From IMG/VR virus record IMGVR_UViG_3300008255_000058, positions 1-39,201 of that record: 39,201 nucleotides of DNA. One strand, given 5' to 3'. Both the position numbers and the translations under genes were made by a program. Origin of the DNA: a virus (taxonomy: Duplodnaviria; Caudoviricetes). Shown in pieces: positions 24,901-34,595 of the stretch. The first letter of the stretch is position 1, and each line of letters begins with the position of its first letter. Below the pieces are notes generated by a model. It had not been told where the DNA came from. It worked only from the letters and a program-made list of their open reading frames with translations, and did not search any database.

Positions 24901-25546
24901 CGCCGAGTGCTGCGTCGCCGAGCCTGTCGGCAATGTCGCCGTCCGCGTTACCGAACCCGTAAGTGGCGCCATAGGCGCCGCCCTCAAGCGTGTACTTTCC
25001 GGTCTGCTTCGCCGCGCCAGCCGCCTTGGCTCGCAGGCCCGTCTTGACCGCCGTCTCGCCCGCCTTCGCGCCGGCCGCTGCGGCTTTCGCGCCGCCGACA
25101 AAGCTCGGACCCGATGCCGCCGCGCCTGCAAACTCGCCGAGACCATAGCTCACCGGGTTGTCATACCGCGCCGTATCGTCGACCAGGCGCTGCGCGTCGC
25201 GGTTCTCGATGTAGTTTTCCCGGATCCCGGAATCCTCAGGCAGGAACTGCTCTGCAATCATGCCCGCCGCTGCATTGGCAACACCAGTCGCAACCCGGTT
25301 TGGCCCGGATCCCATGATCTTGCGAACGGCAGGCTTGGACCAATCAGGCAGCTGGTCCAGTATGACTTCGCGGCCGCCGGCAGCCTCGTCATTGAAGCCC
25401 CAGCCCTCGCCTGCCAGGAGGCCCTGCCCTGCGCTCTGGACCTGGTTGTATTCCTTGGGCCGGACCGCGACCTGCTGGTATTTCTCCCACGGCCTGGCGC
25501 CCGCTGGCGCGTCCGGCGTGGCGTATTTTTCCCACGGGCCCGCCAT
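21950..25546 (-). CDS. Large DNA ejection/internal virion protein with a C-terminal peptidoglycan-binding domain
   Basis: MAGPWEKY...PWEKY start, GFNDE, GATYGFG glycine-rich hydrophobic region, GNSRTA; C-terminal VQGLLN..DGKFG..T.EAVRKYQKKRGL..NG. Confidence 0.8.
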   Translation of the reverse strand: MAGPWEKYATPDAPAGARPWEKYQQVAVRPKEYNQVQSAGQGLLAGEGWGFNDEAAGGREVILDQLPDWSKPAVRKIMGSGPNRVATGVANAAAGMIAEQFLPEDSGIRENYIENRDAQRLVDDTARYDNPVSYGLGEFAGAAASGPSFVGGAKAAAAGAKAGETAVKTGLRAKAAGAAKQTGKYTLEGGAYGATYGFGNADGDIADRLGDAALGGAIGAAGGFVLGPAAEYAVAPIVKAIGYKAFTSAENKALDMVLRRAERSGTSLEKVRADFEAWNKTGEVPETLAEFMGPNERGLLSAMVTANRQSEEAAKAVLLERGKNEVNLLEGRFAEAMGADRKDFPKAKAEAARARASDPEPYYDFAHFHEREGRKYQTFFNNETAGRFLSEIEQSEVAREAVKSAAKYADTMRLPKIRDELKTMVAQIENGQRPRRVSVQAADYVERMINRKYDQAVEGKGKPEDVPSGLKNLRDGLRAIIDPSGIGEARAIAAERIRRGELLKEGRKFMNKNVDVEDIDQVLQGYKTPEIEIPPASPEGRQAYTIGAARAIGDDLRNQSNMKGFADATRKVARTPAIREKINAVLPKKLTKKGKEDLRAKQTRLNAQLEQEVERVANRSDFTVETLGNSRTAFRQADMADASIDDTFMSNIGEAIGSAVSQGPAAAQSRMLQKLGNWAENKFVQPGVMNPEINRSATEILLSQGDDMLRQLARLQQRANTGPVGKTLRGPGGGAAPAAGGSGGGPPAPQAPEPAPKAKSRKRPKKKLGRGLDDLINEPGPVKPAGFLPDGNTTGPGKLIAKGLRAADRRVRSPRNPRRQSELLAPSAMDTPTPGKAAIESMRVPDAAAAEVGRAASDAEQVLTSGRVGRGSKRAAQAQENAKAVDQYLTSYDLAAEKLRDAERAAGLAKKSRSRAYRETMAARAELESAMDELRGFFGADGGHTKFKTQKAKAAAQAALLKRIDDATAAVEAAKAKSKGQTANLRQIADEVPAAVDTSVAALVREARRFADTVRQRLREEPGILPDLRATAVPGRRQLETDNEMLDLLLNPDRAEDAYRIASGEVKPLGSHELKGQAVAAAMLAAGVAGSVKTSQSIREQKAKSEVARFEEFRDYSENLASDGDDMVEVQGLLNVILGTNLVLDGKFGTVGRSKTSEAVRKYQKKRGLVENGKLNAQTIRALQADEDRLSNVSAAVD

Positions 25547-26919
25547 CAGCGGAACCCTGCCGGCGTGTCACCGCCGACTGCCCAGTGTGGGTTCGGGGCA
25601 AGCATGGGCGGTGCCCCGCCCACCGGTTTCCAGTTCTTTTCGTCGGTCGGGTCGCCGCCCATGAATTCAAAGCCGTCCTCGACGGCCCCGGGTTGTGGCG
25701 GTCCTGTCGGTCCAGGCGCACGCGACTCTGGCGACGTCCAGCCCATCATCACGCGTTCTGGTTCAAAGCCATACTGCTGGGCCGTCGACGTATAGTTCTG
25801 GCCGAGGCGGTTATAAGCCTCGTCATAGATCGGCATCATGCTGCTCGCCGCCGCGACCAGCGCGTTGCGCGTCTCGTCGGGCAGCAGGGTCTTACCGTTT
25901 TTCAGCTTCGGCAGCCATGTCTCGGCCTGGCCAATCAGCGACGCGGCAGACTGGGTCAGGGCCACTTCGCCCTCTCGGGCCACGCTGCCGGGGTCAAGCA
26001 TTTTGGTGAAGGCGACGACAAGGGCAAGGTCGGCAACGGCCCGCTGGTCGTCGGGGATATTCGGGTCGCCCATGGCCTTGATCCGGCCCATCTGCGTCGA
26101 GATGTCGGCATAGTCGTCATACACGCCCTGCCAGTTCTTGGCGTACTCCCGCTCGAGCTTGATTGTGTCCGGGTCGAGACCCGCTGGGTTGTTCGGCATA
26201 TCCGCTTGCGCCTTGGCCCGCGCTGCTGCGTCGTCGGCTGCCAGCTTGGCATATCCCAGACCCATTTCGTCGCCGTGAAACTGGCCGCGCTGATCCATGG
26301 TCGCATCGAACTGGCGTTCGCTCTGGTCGAACGTCTTGCCAGCCATGTCCTGATTGAATTCCTGGGCAATCTCCTGCAGGTCGACGCCGCGGCGCTGCAG
26401 GCCCAGACCCTCGTCGGCGCGCTTGTTTTCGACGCCGGTCTGCTGGCTCATGAAATCAAAATCGCGATTGCTGTTCTTCTGCGTGATCGCCGCATTCAGG
26501 TCGAGCTGGCCTAGCGCCGACATATCACCGCCCATGGCGCGGTTGATCATGTCGGCCCGCACGCGCGCAGCTTCAGCTTCTGCTGAGTCGGCCTTGCCGA
26601 TCGCCTTGCGGGCAAGGAACGCTTCGCCGAGCTGCGCGAGCCCGGTACCGATCGAGGTTGCATCGCGGCCCATGGCTCGGCCGGTGAGCAGTTCCGCAAT
26701 CTCGCGGCGGCTCCGCGCCGACTGGTCCACTTCTGCCATTCCCGGGCCCACAGGCCCTTCTGGCGCCTGTGGGACGGCAGGCATGGCCGGGGACGCCGGA
26801 AACGGCGCGCCTGCGCCTGGTGCGCCCGGCAGGCCGTTTGCCTGCGCCGCTCCCTGCTGGACCAGGAGGCTGGCAATGTCTGCACGCGGGCCGTAACCAG
26901 CATATCCATTGTATCCCAT
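25546..26919 (-). CDS. DNA ejection/internal virion protein
   Basis: Position in the operon; DLALVVAFTKMLDPGSVAREGE motif; FMGGDPTDEKNW. Confidence 0.75.
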   Translation of the reverse strand: MGYNGYAGYGPRADIASLLVQQGAAQANGLPGAPGAGAPFPASPAMPAVPQAPEGPVGPGMAEVDQSARSRREIAELLTGRAMGRDATSIGTGLAQLGEAFLARKAIGKADSAEAEAARVRADMINRAMGGDMSALGQLDLNAAITQKNSNRDFDFMSQQTGVENKRADEGLGLQRRGVDLQEIAQEFNQDMAGKTFDQSERQFDATMDQRGQFHGDEMGLGYAKLAADDAAARAKAQADMPNNPAGLDPDTIKLEREYAKNWQGVYDDYADISTQMGRIKAMGDPNIPDDQRAVADLALVVAFTKMLDPGSVAREGEVALTQSAASLIGQAETWLPKLKNGKTLLPDETRNALVAAASSMMPIYDEAYNRLGQNYTSTAQQYGFEPERVMMGWTSPESRAPGPTGPPQPGAVEDGFEFMGGDPTDEKNWKPVGGAPPMLAPNPHWAVGGDTPAGFR

Positions 26920-26922
26920 GGC

Positions 26923-28161
26923 CTAGGCTCCTCCCATGAGGTACGAGCTGCCGAGCCCGAACAGGCCGCCCATGAGCGCCTGCTGCTGCTGCTGCTGCTG
27001 CTGCCAGACGGCCAGCTTGTTCGCATAGCCCTGCTGCGTGATACCTGCCACGTCGGTCGTCGGCATCTGCGCCGGCGTCGCCAGGCCAAATTGCGGGGTT
27101 TGCACCTGGCTGCCCGACAGGAGCGCCGTGATCTCGTTGATCGGCTGGTTGCGCGAGGCAAAAGCCTCCTGCATGGCCTGGCTGCGCTGCCTGTCCTGTC
27201 CCTCGACCAGCACCTGGCCCTGTGTGAACCGGCTGTCGGCAATGGCATCCTCGCGACCCTGAATCTGCTGCTGGTCAGAGAATTTCTGCCCTTCCATCGC
27301 GTCGCCATAGCGACGGACGTCCTCGCCCATGCCAAACAGCGCCGTGCGGTTCTGGTTGTTCGCCGCAGTCGCGCCGGCCTGGTTGCTGAATTCTGTCTGC
27401 CGGGCGCTGTTGCCGAACGTCGCCTCGTCGCGTGCGAGATTGACCAGGCGCGACTGCTCCTGTCCGCCGGCCAGCAGCGCCTGCGTCCGGGCTGCATCGG
27501 TCGAGCGGTTGTAATCATCCACGGCACGCGAATACTGCTCGGTCCCGATATTGATGCCCTGCGACGTCAGCTGAGAGCGCAGGCGCTCCATGTCGCGGTC
27601 GCGGCCCTCATTGATGCCGCCCATCAGCGCGTCGACGACTTCCTTTTTCTGGGCGCCGAAATCATTTTCGTATCCCGTCGCCAGACCCGCGCTACCGTTA
27701 TAGTCCTGCAGGCTCGGCAGCGCCGTCGGATTGGTCGAATACTGCGGCGCTGACAGGCTGTCGCCGTACTGAGCAGGGCCCATGCCGGAACGGTCGGCCA
27801 TGTCAGGAAGCGAGCCGATATCAAACGGTGTCGACAGGAGACCGCCAGCGCGCTCGGCCTGGTCTGCGCCGAGATTGGCAAGTGAAATGTCGGCGCGGTT
27901 GGTCGCGTCGCGGATCTGCTGCGCTTCCGGGCTGAGGCTTGTCGTCCTCGTGTACTGCGGCAACTGGTAGGTTTTTCCGCTCGACGGGTCGGTCCAGTTG
28001 TACGTCCCGCTCTGCGAATAGATCGAAGACCCGTCCGGCGTAACCTCGTTGACCTGCCCCATCGCCGTGTTGGCGACAGCCGTGCCGACATTAGTGCCAG
28101 TCTGCGCGCTCGCGACCTGCTGCGGATCCGGGGGCTTTGGCGGGGACGATTTCTTGCCCAT
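26923..28161 (-). CDS. DNA ejection/pilot protein
   Basis: MGKKSSPPKPPDP start with AAGGAG RBS; Q-rich; C-terminal MGGLFGLG. Confidence 0.75.
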   Translation of the reverse strand: MGKKSSPPKPPDPQQVASAQTGTNVGTAVANTAMGQVNEVTPDGSSIYSQSGTYNWTDPSSGKTYQLPQYTRTTSLSPEAQQIRDATNRADISLANLGADQAERAGGLLSTPFDIGSLPDMADRSGMGPAQYGDSLSAPQYSTNPTALPSLQDYNGSAGLATGYENDFGAQKKEVVDALMGGINEGRDRDMERLRSQLTSQGINIGTEQYSRAVDDYNRSTDAARTQALLAGGQEQSRLVNLARDEATFGNSARQTEFSNQAGATAANNQNRTALFGMGEDVRRYGDAMEGQKFSDQQQIQGREDAIADSRFTQGQVLVEGQDRQRSQAMQEAFASRNQPINEITALLSGSQVQTPQFGLATPAQMPTTDVAGITQQGYANKLAVWQQQQQQQQALMGGLFGLGSSYLMGGA

Positions 28162-28594
28162 GCAGATCTCCTTTGTAGAACGCGCTCGCGCGCCATTGGT
28201 CATCGGTCAGCGTAAACACGCAGCCATCCTCGTCCCGACCGAAAAGGCGTGGGATATCGAACCGATCAAACCCGAACCGGGTCAGCTGCCGGTGCAGCGT
28301 GACATTGTCGACGCTGTTGCGGGTCACGATCATCTGGCAGCCTGCAACCTCGAACGCGTAGGCGAAGATCTGGTGCAGGATGTCCCGGGTCATCCATTTC
28401 GGTGTGACACTGGCGCCGCTGAATTCGATCGTGCCGGCCTCGGGGCTGTAATTGTGCCAGACCCAGCCAGCGACCAGGTGGCCGCGCCGATCAAGAACGC
28501 CGAGCGCCTGGCAGGTGCCGGGCCTGAATTCTTCGCCGATCAGCGTGCCGACGAAATGCGCGACCGCGGCGCTTTCACCATAGAGCAGTCGCAT
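28091..28594 (-). CDS. GNAT-fold virion assembly protein (P22 gp14-position)
   Basis: IFAYAFEVAGCQMI...N...LTRFGF; lies between the nozzle and ejection genes. Confidence 0.7.
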   Translation of the reverse strand: MRLLYGESAAVAHFVGTLIGEEFRPGTCQALGVLDRRGHLVAGWVWHNYSPEAGTIEFSGASVTPKWMTRDILHQIFAYAFEVAGCQMIVTRNSVDNVTLHRQLTRFGFDRFDIPRLFGRDEDGCVFTLTDDQWRASAFYKGDLHGQEIVPAKAPGSAAGRERADWH

Positions 28595-30186
28595 CAGACG
28601 ACGACCGCGCCTGTCTCAAACATGAAATCAATGCTCATCAGCTCTGCGTCTGGTTTCGGCGTGATGCCGCACGTCACCTGCACCTGCGGCGCCGCAACAA
28701 TCCCGGCCTTGGAAATCGCGGTCCATCGGCTCGTCACCGTCGCGGTGCCGCTGCTGTCCCAGACGGCCTCGTCCCAGAGACCCTCGTCCCAGGCGTCCTC
28801 GGTCGAGTCTGACACCGAGGATGGCGCTGCCGGCAGGGTGATGGCGTAATTGACCGAAGCAGAAACCTTGGCCACGAATGCCCGCGTTGCCTTGAACGTC
28901 GCACGGGCGAGGTTGATCGACTTGACCGGCCCGCGCCGCTTCAGGTGATCGTTGTGTCCGACATAAACGCAGGTATAAGACGCGCCGGCATCGTTGCCTC
29001 CGACGTCGGTCTGGTAGATCTTGCCGGTCGCGCCGCCGGCATAGTGCACACCCTCGAGCACGGTCTGGCAGCGCATATCCCATGGCGTGCCCGTGAACTC
29101 GCACCATGCACCGGTCTCTGCATTGGCAACGAGGCACCGCTCGTCAACGCCAAGGCCCGGTGACGGCATGCCGATGATCACCTTGTTGCGCAGGTCCCAC
29201 TTGGTAATCGACCATGGCAGCGTCCCGCGATCGCGCACCGCGACTTTCCAGGTCGGCTCGATCTTGAACGTGACGGCCGACAGGCTCAGCGAGGCTGGGT
29301 CTTTCTGCAGCACCTGACTCATGGGGATAATTCCCTCAGAGGTCAGGATCAGCAAATCAGCGCCGACGCTCAAATGTGCATCCTTGCCCATCGGGTCGGC
29401 GATCTGGTACCGGCCGACCAACCGGAAATCGCTGCTCGGATCCGTGCCCTGGTAAACCGCGACCTCGCCAAGCGTCGAGACGACGACAAGCAGGTCGTCG
29501 ACACCGTCGCCGGCATCAAGCGACCAGGTCGCGCCGAACAGCAGCGAACCGCCCTTGCTGAACACGCCCTGCAGGCTGAACGCCGTCGCCGTGCCCGTGA
29601 TTGCTCCCGCACCCAGGTACCAGAATTTCATTGTACCGCTTTCGATGAAGAACAGCCGCGACTTGAACGCCCAGACGTGAGACAGGTTGCTCGGCGTCAG
29701 GCCGCTCCCTGTAAGCGTGCTGCTCGACCAGGTCGTGCCGTCGAACTGGCGCGGCGTGTCGGCACCGTTGACACCGATCAGGAAATCGCCGCCGCTGGTC
29801 TCGAACTGCTTGAACGTCCAGGCGCCGCCGCTCAGGCCTGTAATTTCAGCGGTTGGCGCGACTTCGGGATCGGCAGGCGCCGTAATGTCGAAAATGTTCG
29901 CGGCGTCTGCGGCAAACAGTTTTTCAACGCCGCCAGAAACGTATTCCCACATTGCCGTGACTGGCCCTGTACCGATCGTTGCGAACAGCGCCGCACCGCC
30001 GCGCAGCTGGATCCCGGTCTGTGTCGGGAACCAGTTCTCAAGGACCTGCGCCGCTTCCCTCGGCGCTTTCGACAGGTTCTGGTTCGTCACCAGTCCCTTT
30101 GTCGGCGACGCGAACGGGTAGACGTCCGCCTGGCTCGGCTTCGGATTGACTGCCTTGCGGCCGTAGGATCGGAGCGCCTGTCTCAT
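28594..30186 (-). CDS. Tail nozzle/head-stabilisation protein (tail tubular B or gp10-like)
   Basis: LENWFP..RGG, beta-rich, FKSRLFF, GEVAVYQGTDP; synteny. Confidence 0.75.
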   Translation of the reverse strand: MRQALRSYGRKAVNPKPSQADVYPFASPTKGLVTNQNLSKAPREAAQVLENWFPTQTGIQLRGGAALFATIGTGPVTAMWEYVSGGVEKLFAADAANIFDITAPADPEVAPTAEITGLSGGAWTFKQFETSGGDFLIGVNGADTPRQFDGTTWSSSTLTGSGLTPSNLSHVWAFKSRLFFIESGTMKFWYLGAGAITGTATAFSLQGVFSKGGSLLFGATWSLDAGDGVDDLLVVVSTLGEVAVYQGTDPSSDFRLVGRYQIADPMGKDAHLSVGADLLILTSEGIIPMSQVLQKDPASLSLSAVTFKIEPTWKVAVRDRGTLPWSITKWDLRNKVIIGMPSPGLGVDERCLVANAETGAWCEFTGTPWDMRCQTVLEGVHYAGGATGKIYQTDVGGNDAGASYTCVYVGHNDHLKRRGPVKSINLARATFKATRAFVAKVSASVNYAITLPAAPSSVSDSTEDAWDEGLWDEAVWDSSGTATVTSRWTAISKAGIVAAPQVQVTCGITPKPDAELMSIDFMFETGAVVV

Positions 30187-30188
30187 GC

Positions 30189-30887
30189 CTAGCTAAAGCC
30201 TTTCGGGTAAGCCATCTGATCGCCGTGCGCTGCGAATGGCTCGCCGCCCAGGCTGATCGTCTCGGTGCCGGCATCAGGTGCGATCAGCTTGGAAAGGCGC
30301 CGCTCGTAATCGTTCATGTGCTCGGCATATGGCAGGCCTTTGGTGTGCCGCCACTTCCAGATGATGCCCAGCTTGAGCAGCGTCTCGTCGAGCCTGAACG
30401 TGTCCGTATCTGCGGTAAATTCGTCCTTGGTCGAGGCGTCCGCTGCCGTGACAATCTCGGTCGACTGGTACCAGTATTTCACCAGCTCACCGTCTGCCGG
30501 TGCCGGGTTGAACTGGAACTGGCCGCCATAGATGATGCAGCGCGCCACGATCGGCACGTCGCCGCGGATGATCTCACCGAGCCACGTATTGCGGTTCTTG
30601 ATCAGCGGCAGCGGCGTGTTCTGGATGCTCGACCAGACCTGTGTATCGGTCAGCATGCGCCGGTAATCGCCCGGCAGATTGAACGCCGTCGTCGCGCCGT
30701 CGCCGGTCATCGTCTCGAGGACGTCCAGCTCTGACCACTCGTGCGCCAGCGCGATCTCGTCAGCGACCTGCTGCGCGATCTGGCCGAGCTCGACCAGTTC
30801 ACGCGTCGCCGTGCCGAACACAGCGTCGGGCTTGTCGAGCGCGACGCCAGCGACGCACGCGTCCTGCATGGCTTTCAGGACGGTCAT
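30189..30887 (-). CDS. Head-tail adaptor (tail tubular A or gp4-like)
   Basis: Synteny; HEWSEL, LPGDY, LLKLGIIWKWR..KGLPY. Confidence 0.7.
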   Translation of the reverse strand: MTVLKAMQDACVAGVALDKPDAVFGTATRELVELGQIAQQVADEIALAHEWSELDVLETMTGDGATTAFNLPGDYRRMLTDTQVWSSIQNTPLPLIKNRNTWLGEIIRGDVPIVARCIIYGGQFQFNPAPADGELVKYWYQSTEIVTAADASTKDEFTADTDTFRLDETLLKLGIIWKWRHTKGLPYAEHMNDYERRLSKLIAPDAGTETISLGGEPFAAHGDQMAYPKGFS

Positions 30888-31709
30888 TTACTTGGTCGAC
30901 TCCGCCAGCACTTCCTTGGCCATCGAGAGCAGCGTGTTCAGGCTCGGACGCCCTTTGACGCCGTCACCGGTCTGGCCCTTGATGTAGTCGCGCAGTGCCT
31001 GGGCATTGTAGCCAAAGAACGGGCCGGCCTCGTCGACCTCATCGACCGGATCATCGCTGGCGCCTGCGCCATCGTCCGGATCAGGCTGCTCTGCCAGCTC
31101 AGGCGCGCCTGGTGCAGCAGGTGCCGTCGCAGCTGGCGCCGGACCGCCCTCGAGCTTGGCCATCAGCTGCTTGATCTGATCCTGCAGCGTCGCGTTGGCC
31201 TGCTCCATCGACTTCATTTTTTCGACCAATTCGGCATCCGTCTTGCCGCTCTCGGCGCGCTTCAGGTACGCCTTGGCCAGATCGACCCAGCGATCGCCAT
31301 TCATGCCGAGGCCCTTGGTCGTGCCAAGACCGGCGAGGGCCTCGACGGTTATGATGTTGACCGCCTTCAGCTCCGCCCGCTCGGCGACGTTCAGCGCCGT
31401 CAGTTCCTCGATCGGCGTGCCGACGGCTGCGATCTCCTCCTGGCGCTTGTAGGCCGCGTACTCCTCTGGGAAGCGCTGGGCGTACGTGATTTTCGTGCCG
31501 GTATCTGCCGGGCTGGTACGCACCGTCATCGTGACCTCGTGCGCCGGCGCGACAACGACTGAATCCTTGTCGCCGGCCAGCCTGATCTCGACGAATTCGT
31601 GCTGGTCAAAAATCGGGCGACCGGCCTTGGCCGTCTTCGCTTTGTTCTGACGTGCCTTGGTGAAAAACTTCACCAGGCAGTGAGAGTCGTTCTGCTCAAT
31701 CGCTTGCAT
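30888..31709 (-). CDS. Conserved structural-region protein
   Basis: AGRPIFD..FVEI..GD, RFP, GTPIE, NIITVEALA; AAGGA RBS. Confidence 0.7.
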   Translation of the reverse strand: MQAIEQNDSHCLVKFFTKARQNKAKTAKAGRPIFDQHEFVEIRLAGDKDSVVVAPAHEVTMTVRTSPADTGTKITYAQRFPEEYAAYKRQEEIAAVGTPIEELTALNVAERAELKAVNIITVEALAGLGTTKGLGMNGDRWVDLAKAYLKRAESGKTDAELVEKMKSMEQANATLQDQIKQLMAKLEGGPAPAATAPAAPGAPELAEQPDPDDGAGASDDPVDEVDEAGPFFGYNAQALRDYIKGQTGDGVKGRPSLNTLLSMAKEVLAESTK

Positions 31710-31734
31710 CGTTTTTGTCCTTGTCTGGGATGCA

Positions 31735-31760
31735 AGCAGGGCCGGCGAACCGGCCCTGCT
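31735..31760 (-). terminator. Hairpin with a UUCG loop after the capsid-decoration gene
   Basis: AGCAGGGCCGG-TTCG-CCGGCCCTGCT; weak U-tract. Confidence 0.55.
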
Positions 31761-31771
31761 CAGTTCATCAT

Positions 31772-32254
31772 TTAGGCGTAAGTGCCGACCGTCGAGATTG
31801 TCGGCCAGTTGAGCGACCCGGTCGTGTTGACCGCATCAGCTCCGCCGGTCGCCGTTCCAAGGACCATGCCCTCGATATACAGCGTGCCGACCGTGCTCGC
31901 GTCGTCGACCTGACCCGCGTCTGAGGTTGCCGCAAGACGGGCATTGGCCGCCGCGTCCTGCTCGGTCCGGATACCGCACGGGCCATAGACCTGGACGAAC
32001 CCGTAATCGTCGTCAGCAAACGCCACATCGACCACGCCGACCTTGTCGCCCAGCGCATCGTTGGAGCTTGTGAGTTCCGCCGCCTGGAAGGCCTCGGAAA
32101 TCGTGACGACGTAGCCGTCACCGGTAATGGCACCTGCAGCCTGACAGTAGACATAGGCCTTACCGCCCTGTCCCCAGACCATGGTGCCGAGCTCAAAAAG
32201 CGGGACCGTCGACGTTTCAGCAAAGTCGATGCCCGCAGCATTTTGTCCAAACAT
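31772..32254 (-). CDS. Capsid decoration/minor head protein
   Basis: AGGAG RBS; follows the capsid gene; FELGT..YVY..YGFVQVYG. Confidence 0.7.
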   Translation of the reverse strand: MFGQNAAGIDFAETSTVPLFELGTMVWGQGGKAYVYCQAAGAITGDGYVVTISEAFQAAELTSSNDALGDKVGVVDVAFADDDYGFVQVYGPCGIRTEQDAAANARLAATSDAGQVDDASTVGTLYIEGMVLGTATGGADAVNTTGSLNWPTISTVGTYA

Positions 32255-32281
32255 TTTGGTTCTCCTGTTGGAGTTGAAAGC

Positions 32282-32309
32282 AAAAGGCCCGGGCCTTGCA
32301 GCCCGGGCC
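32282..32309 (-). terminator. Terminator after the major capsid gene
   Basis: GGCCCGGGC-TGCAAG-GCCCGGGCC-TTTT. Confidence 0.65.
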
Positions 32310-32319
32310 GGGTCACCGC

Positions 32320-33330
32320 TTAGCTGCCGGTGTCGGAGTCGTACAACTTGCCGTTAAACAGCGGGTTGCACATGGTCAGGTTGCCCATGAATCCGATGTG
32401 CTGGCCGACCGCGTCCTGGTTGAACGGGATCAGCTTGCCGCCGAACTTTTCAAAGTTACGGTCCGGGTGATACCTGAACTTCAGCGACGAGGTCTCGTTA
32501 AAGTAGCTGGTGTTTGCCGGCATCGCCGACCCAATGCCGCCCTCGAGCACGATCGGTACCGACTTGCCGGCGCCGTAGAACTTGAGGTTGGCAAAGCCCA
32601 GCTTGCCCATTTCGTTTTCGTCCTGGATACGCTGGATCGCCTCCACCGCAGCTGCATAAGCGCCAAAGTGCTCGGCAGAGGCCAGAATGATATTCGGAGC
32701 CTTGCTGCCGCGCTGGTTGGCGATCATGATCGTGCGATACATGGGCTGGATCGTCGTGCTCGATACCTGGGTACCGATGCCCGTGAAGTCACTATCCGCG
32801 TCATAGCTGAACGGCTGCCAGATCGCATTCGTCGCCCGGCTGATACCGCCATACGTGCCCGAGGTCGGGTCGGTTGGCAGCATCGACTGGAATCCGCCGA
32901 TCTGGTTGCTTTGCGTACCGTCAGAATGAACGTCCTCGACGAACCGGTCGATCAGTTCGGTTTCGCCCGCATTGATCTTCTCCTCCATCACGTCGAGGAT
33001 CTGGTTGGACCCCGAGTTGAGCAGGATATCCTGGCCTGACAGGACCACGGAAACGGCGGCGAGCTTGGGATCAAACTCGGCGTCGTTGAACAGCTCACGC
33101 CGCACCGGATTGAGGTACTGCAGGTGCTGGTAGCGGGTATAGGTTTCCGATTGGGCGTATTGCAGAGTCTCGCGGATTTTTGGCCCGCTGAACTCTTTCC
33201 ACTGGCCGTTTTTCTTCATCGTCATGAGCACGACGTGATTGTTCGAGATCAGGTCCTGGTAGCCAGGAGACCGCTGCTCGAGCGCCAGCGACAGCGTCTC
33301 TTGCAGACGCTCGTTTGTGTTGAGAGGCAT
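32320..33330 (-). CDS. Major capsid protein
   Basis: 336 aa after the scaffold; AAGGAG RBS; GTYGGISRA..W, LGFANLKF, GNLTMCNP. Confidence 0.85.
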   Translation of the reverse strand: MPLNTNERLQETLSLALEQRSPGYQDLISNNHVVLMTMKKNGQWKEFSGPKIRETLQYAQSETYTRYQHLQYLNPVRRELFNDAEFDPKLAAVSVVLSGQDILLNSGSNQILDVMEEKINAGETELIDRFVEDVHSDGTQSNQIGGFQSMLPTDPTSGTYGGISRATNAIWQPFSYDADSDFTGIGTQVSSTTIQPMYRTIMIANQRGSKAPNIILASAEHFGAYAAAVEAIQRIQDENEMGKLGFANLKFYGAGKSVPIVLEGGIGSAMPANTSYFNETSSLKFRYHPDRNFEKFGGKLIPFNQDAVGQHIGFMGNLTMCNPLFNGKLYDSDTGS

Positions 33331-33350
33331 GGGCCTCGCTCCTTGTGGGA

Positions 33351-34592
33351 TCAGACTCCGCCGGTGCGCCTAAACGCTTCCCGCACGGCTTCATGGGTTG
33401 AGACTGCAGGCGTGGTCTTTCTCGGGTTTGAGCCGTTGACCGGTCCGCCTGTGACTGATTTTTGCGCGACTGCGGTTTGAGCGCTGAAGTCGGGCTGGGC
33501 TGGCGCCGCAGGTGCTGCCTGCGCCGCCGGGGTCTGAGGCATTCCAGGCGCGGGTCTGAGCCGCTCTGCCATGGCATATGCTTCAGGAAGGGCTTTGGTG
33601 ATGTCGGACTTGTCGACGCCATTGGTCGACAGGATCCACTTGATCGTCGGCGCGAGTTCCTCGAACCGCGGGTGCTTGTCGGCAAACTCAGAAACCGACT
33701 TCATGACGTTGTCGGTCTGCTGCGTCTTGAAGGTCGCGTTCTCGCGCTGCAGGCGATTGACCTCCTGCTGCAGCGCGCTGATCGTCTTGGTCGCGCGCTC
33801 TGCAAATTCAGACATCGGCTCGTCAAGGATCTCGCTCGCCATGTCCTCGAGCGACACGCCATGGCGCTGCGCAAGCGTCTCGAATACCTGGCGGGGATTC
33901 TGCGCCATCATGCGGGCCATGCCGGCATAGTCCTCGAGCACGCCTTTGACGCTCATGCCGTATTGCTGGCCCAGCGCCTCGAACGGCTCGATCTCGGCAT
34001 ACTTGTGCGAACGGGCCTGATGGGTCTCGAGACCCTTCTCGGTCTCGCTGACAAAGCGCTGGACCTCGCTGCGCACCGTCTCAGGCGTCTTGTCCCATTC
34101 TGCCTGCGCTTCCCTGCTGAACCGAGGCGGCGGCGCATTCTCTGCCGGTTTTTGGCCGCTCTGCGCGTTCTCTGCCTCACCAGGCGCGGTTCCGGACTGC
34201 TCTGGCGCCTTGGCATCGGACGACTTAAACCGTCCGCTCTCGTCGCGCTCGGCGCCTTTTACGTCGGCGTCGGCAGGCTTGGCGTCGGCTTTTGGTTTTT
34301 CGGCCGGCTTTGTCTCCGGTTTCGCTGCCGCCTTGGCGTCAGGCTTCGGGGCAGGTTTCGCATCAGGCTTGGCGTCTGGGTATTCACTTTCACCTCTCAG
34401 GACTCGGGCTGCGGATTCGGTTTCGCTGATCCGTCGCTCCTGCGAGGCGACCTCGTTGGCGGCCGACTCGACAGCCTCGCGCAGGCTCGGGACCTTTTTG
34501 GCCTTGGCGTCAGCTGCCGGCGCAGCCTTGGCGTCGCCTGGTGCTGCCTGCGGCGCGCTCTGGGCCTCGGGTGCAGTTGTCTCGATCGTCAT
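33351..34592 (-). CDS. Scaffolding protein
   Basis: Low-complexity A/P/K N-terminus, RDESGRF, EWDKTP, coiled coil; precedes the capsid gene. Confidence 0.75.
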   Translation of the reverse strand: MTIETTAPEAQSAPQAAPGDAKAAPAADAKAKKVPSLREAVESAANEVASQERRISETESAARVLRGESEYPDAKPDAKPAPKPDAKAAAKPETKPAEKPKADAKPADADVKGAERDESGRFKSSDAKAPEQSGTAPGEAENAQSGQKPAENAPPPRFSREAQAEWDKTPETVRSEVQRFVSETEKGLETHQARSHKYAEIEPFEALGQQYGMSVKGVLEDYAGMARMMAQNPRQVFETLAQRHGVSLEDMASEILDEPMSEFAERATKTISALQQEVNRLQRENATFKTQQTDNVMKSVSEFADKHPRFEELAPTIKWILSTNGVDKSDITKALPEAYAMAERLRPAPGMPQTPAAQAAPAAPAQPDFSAQTAVAQKSVTGGPVNGSNPRKTTPAVSTHEAVREAFRRTGGV

Positions 34593-34595
34593 GCT

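Noticed and set aside
23921-25795. 624-aa + strand ORF, and similar ones at 33462-34865, 12884-14077 and 9156-10238
   Set aside because: Antisense shadows of clear genes in high-GC DNA; no RBS or motifs recognised
26980-27003. (CAG)8 poly-Gln tract
   Set aside because: In-frame triplet run in a Q-rich ejection protein; cannot phase-vary the reading frame
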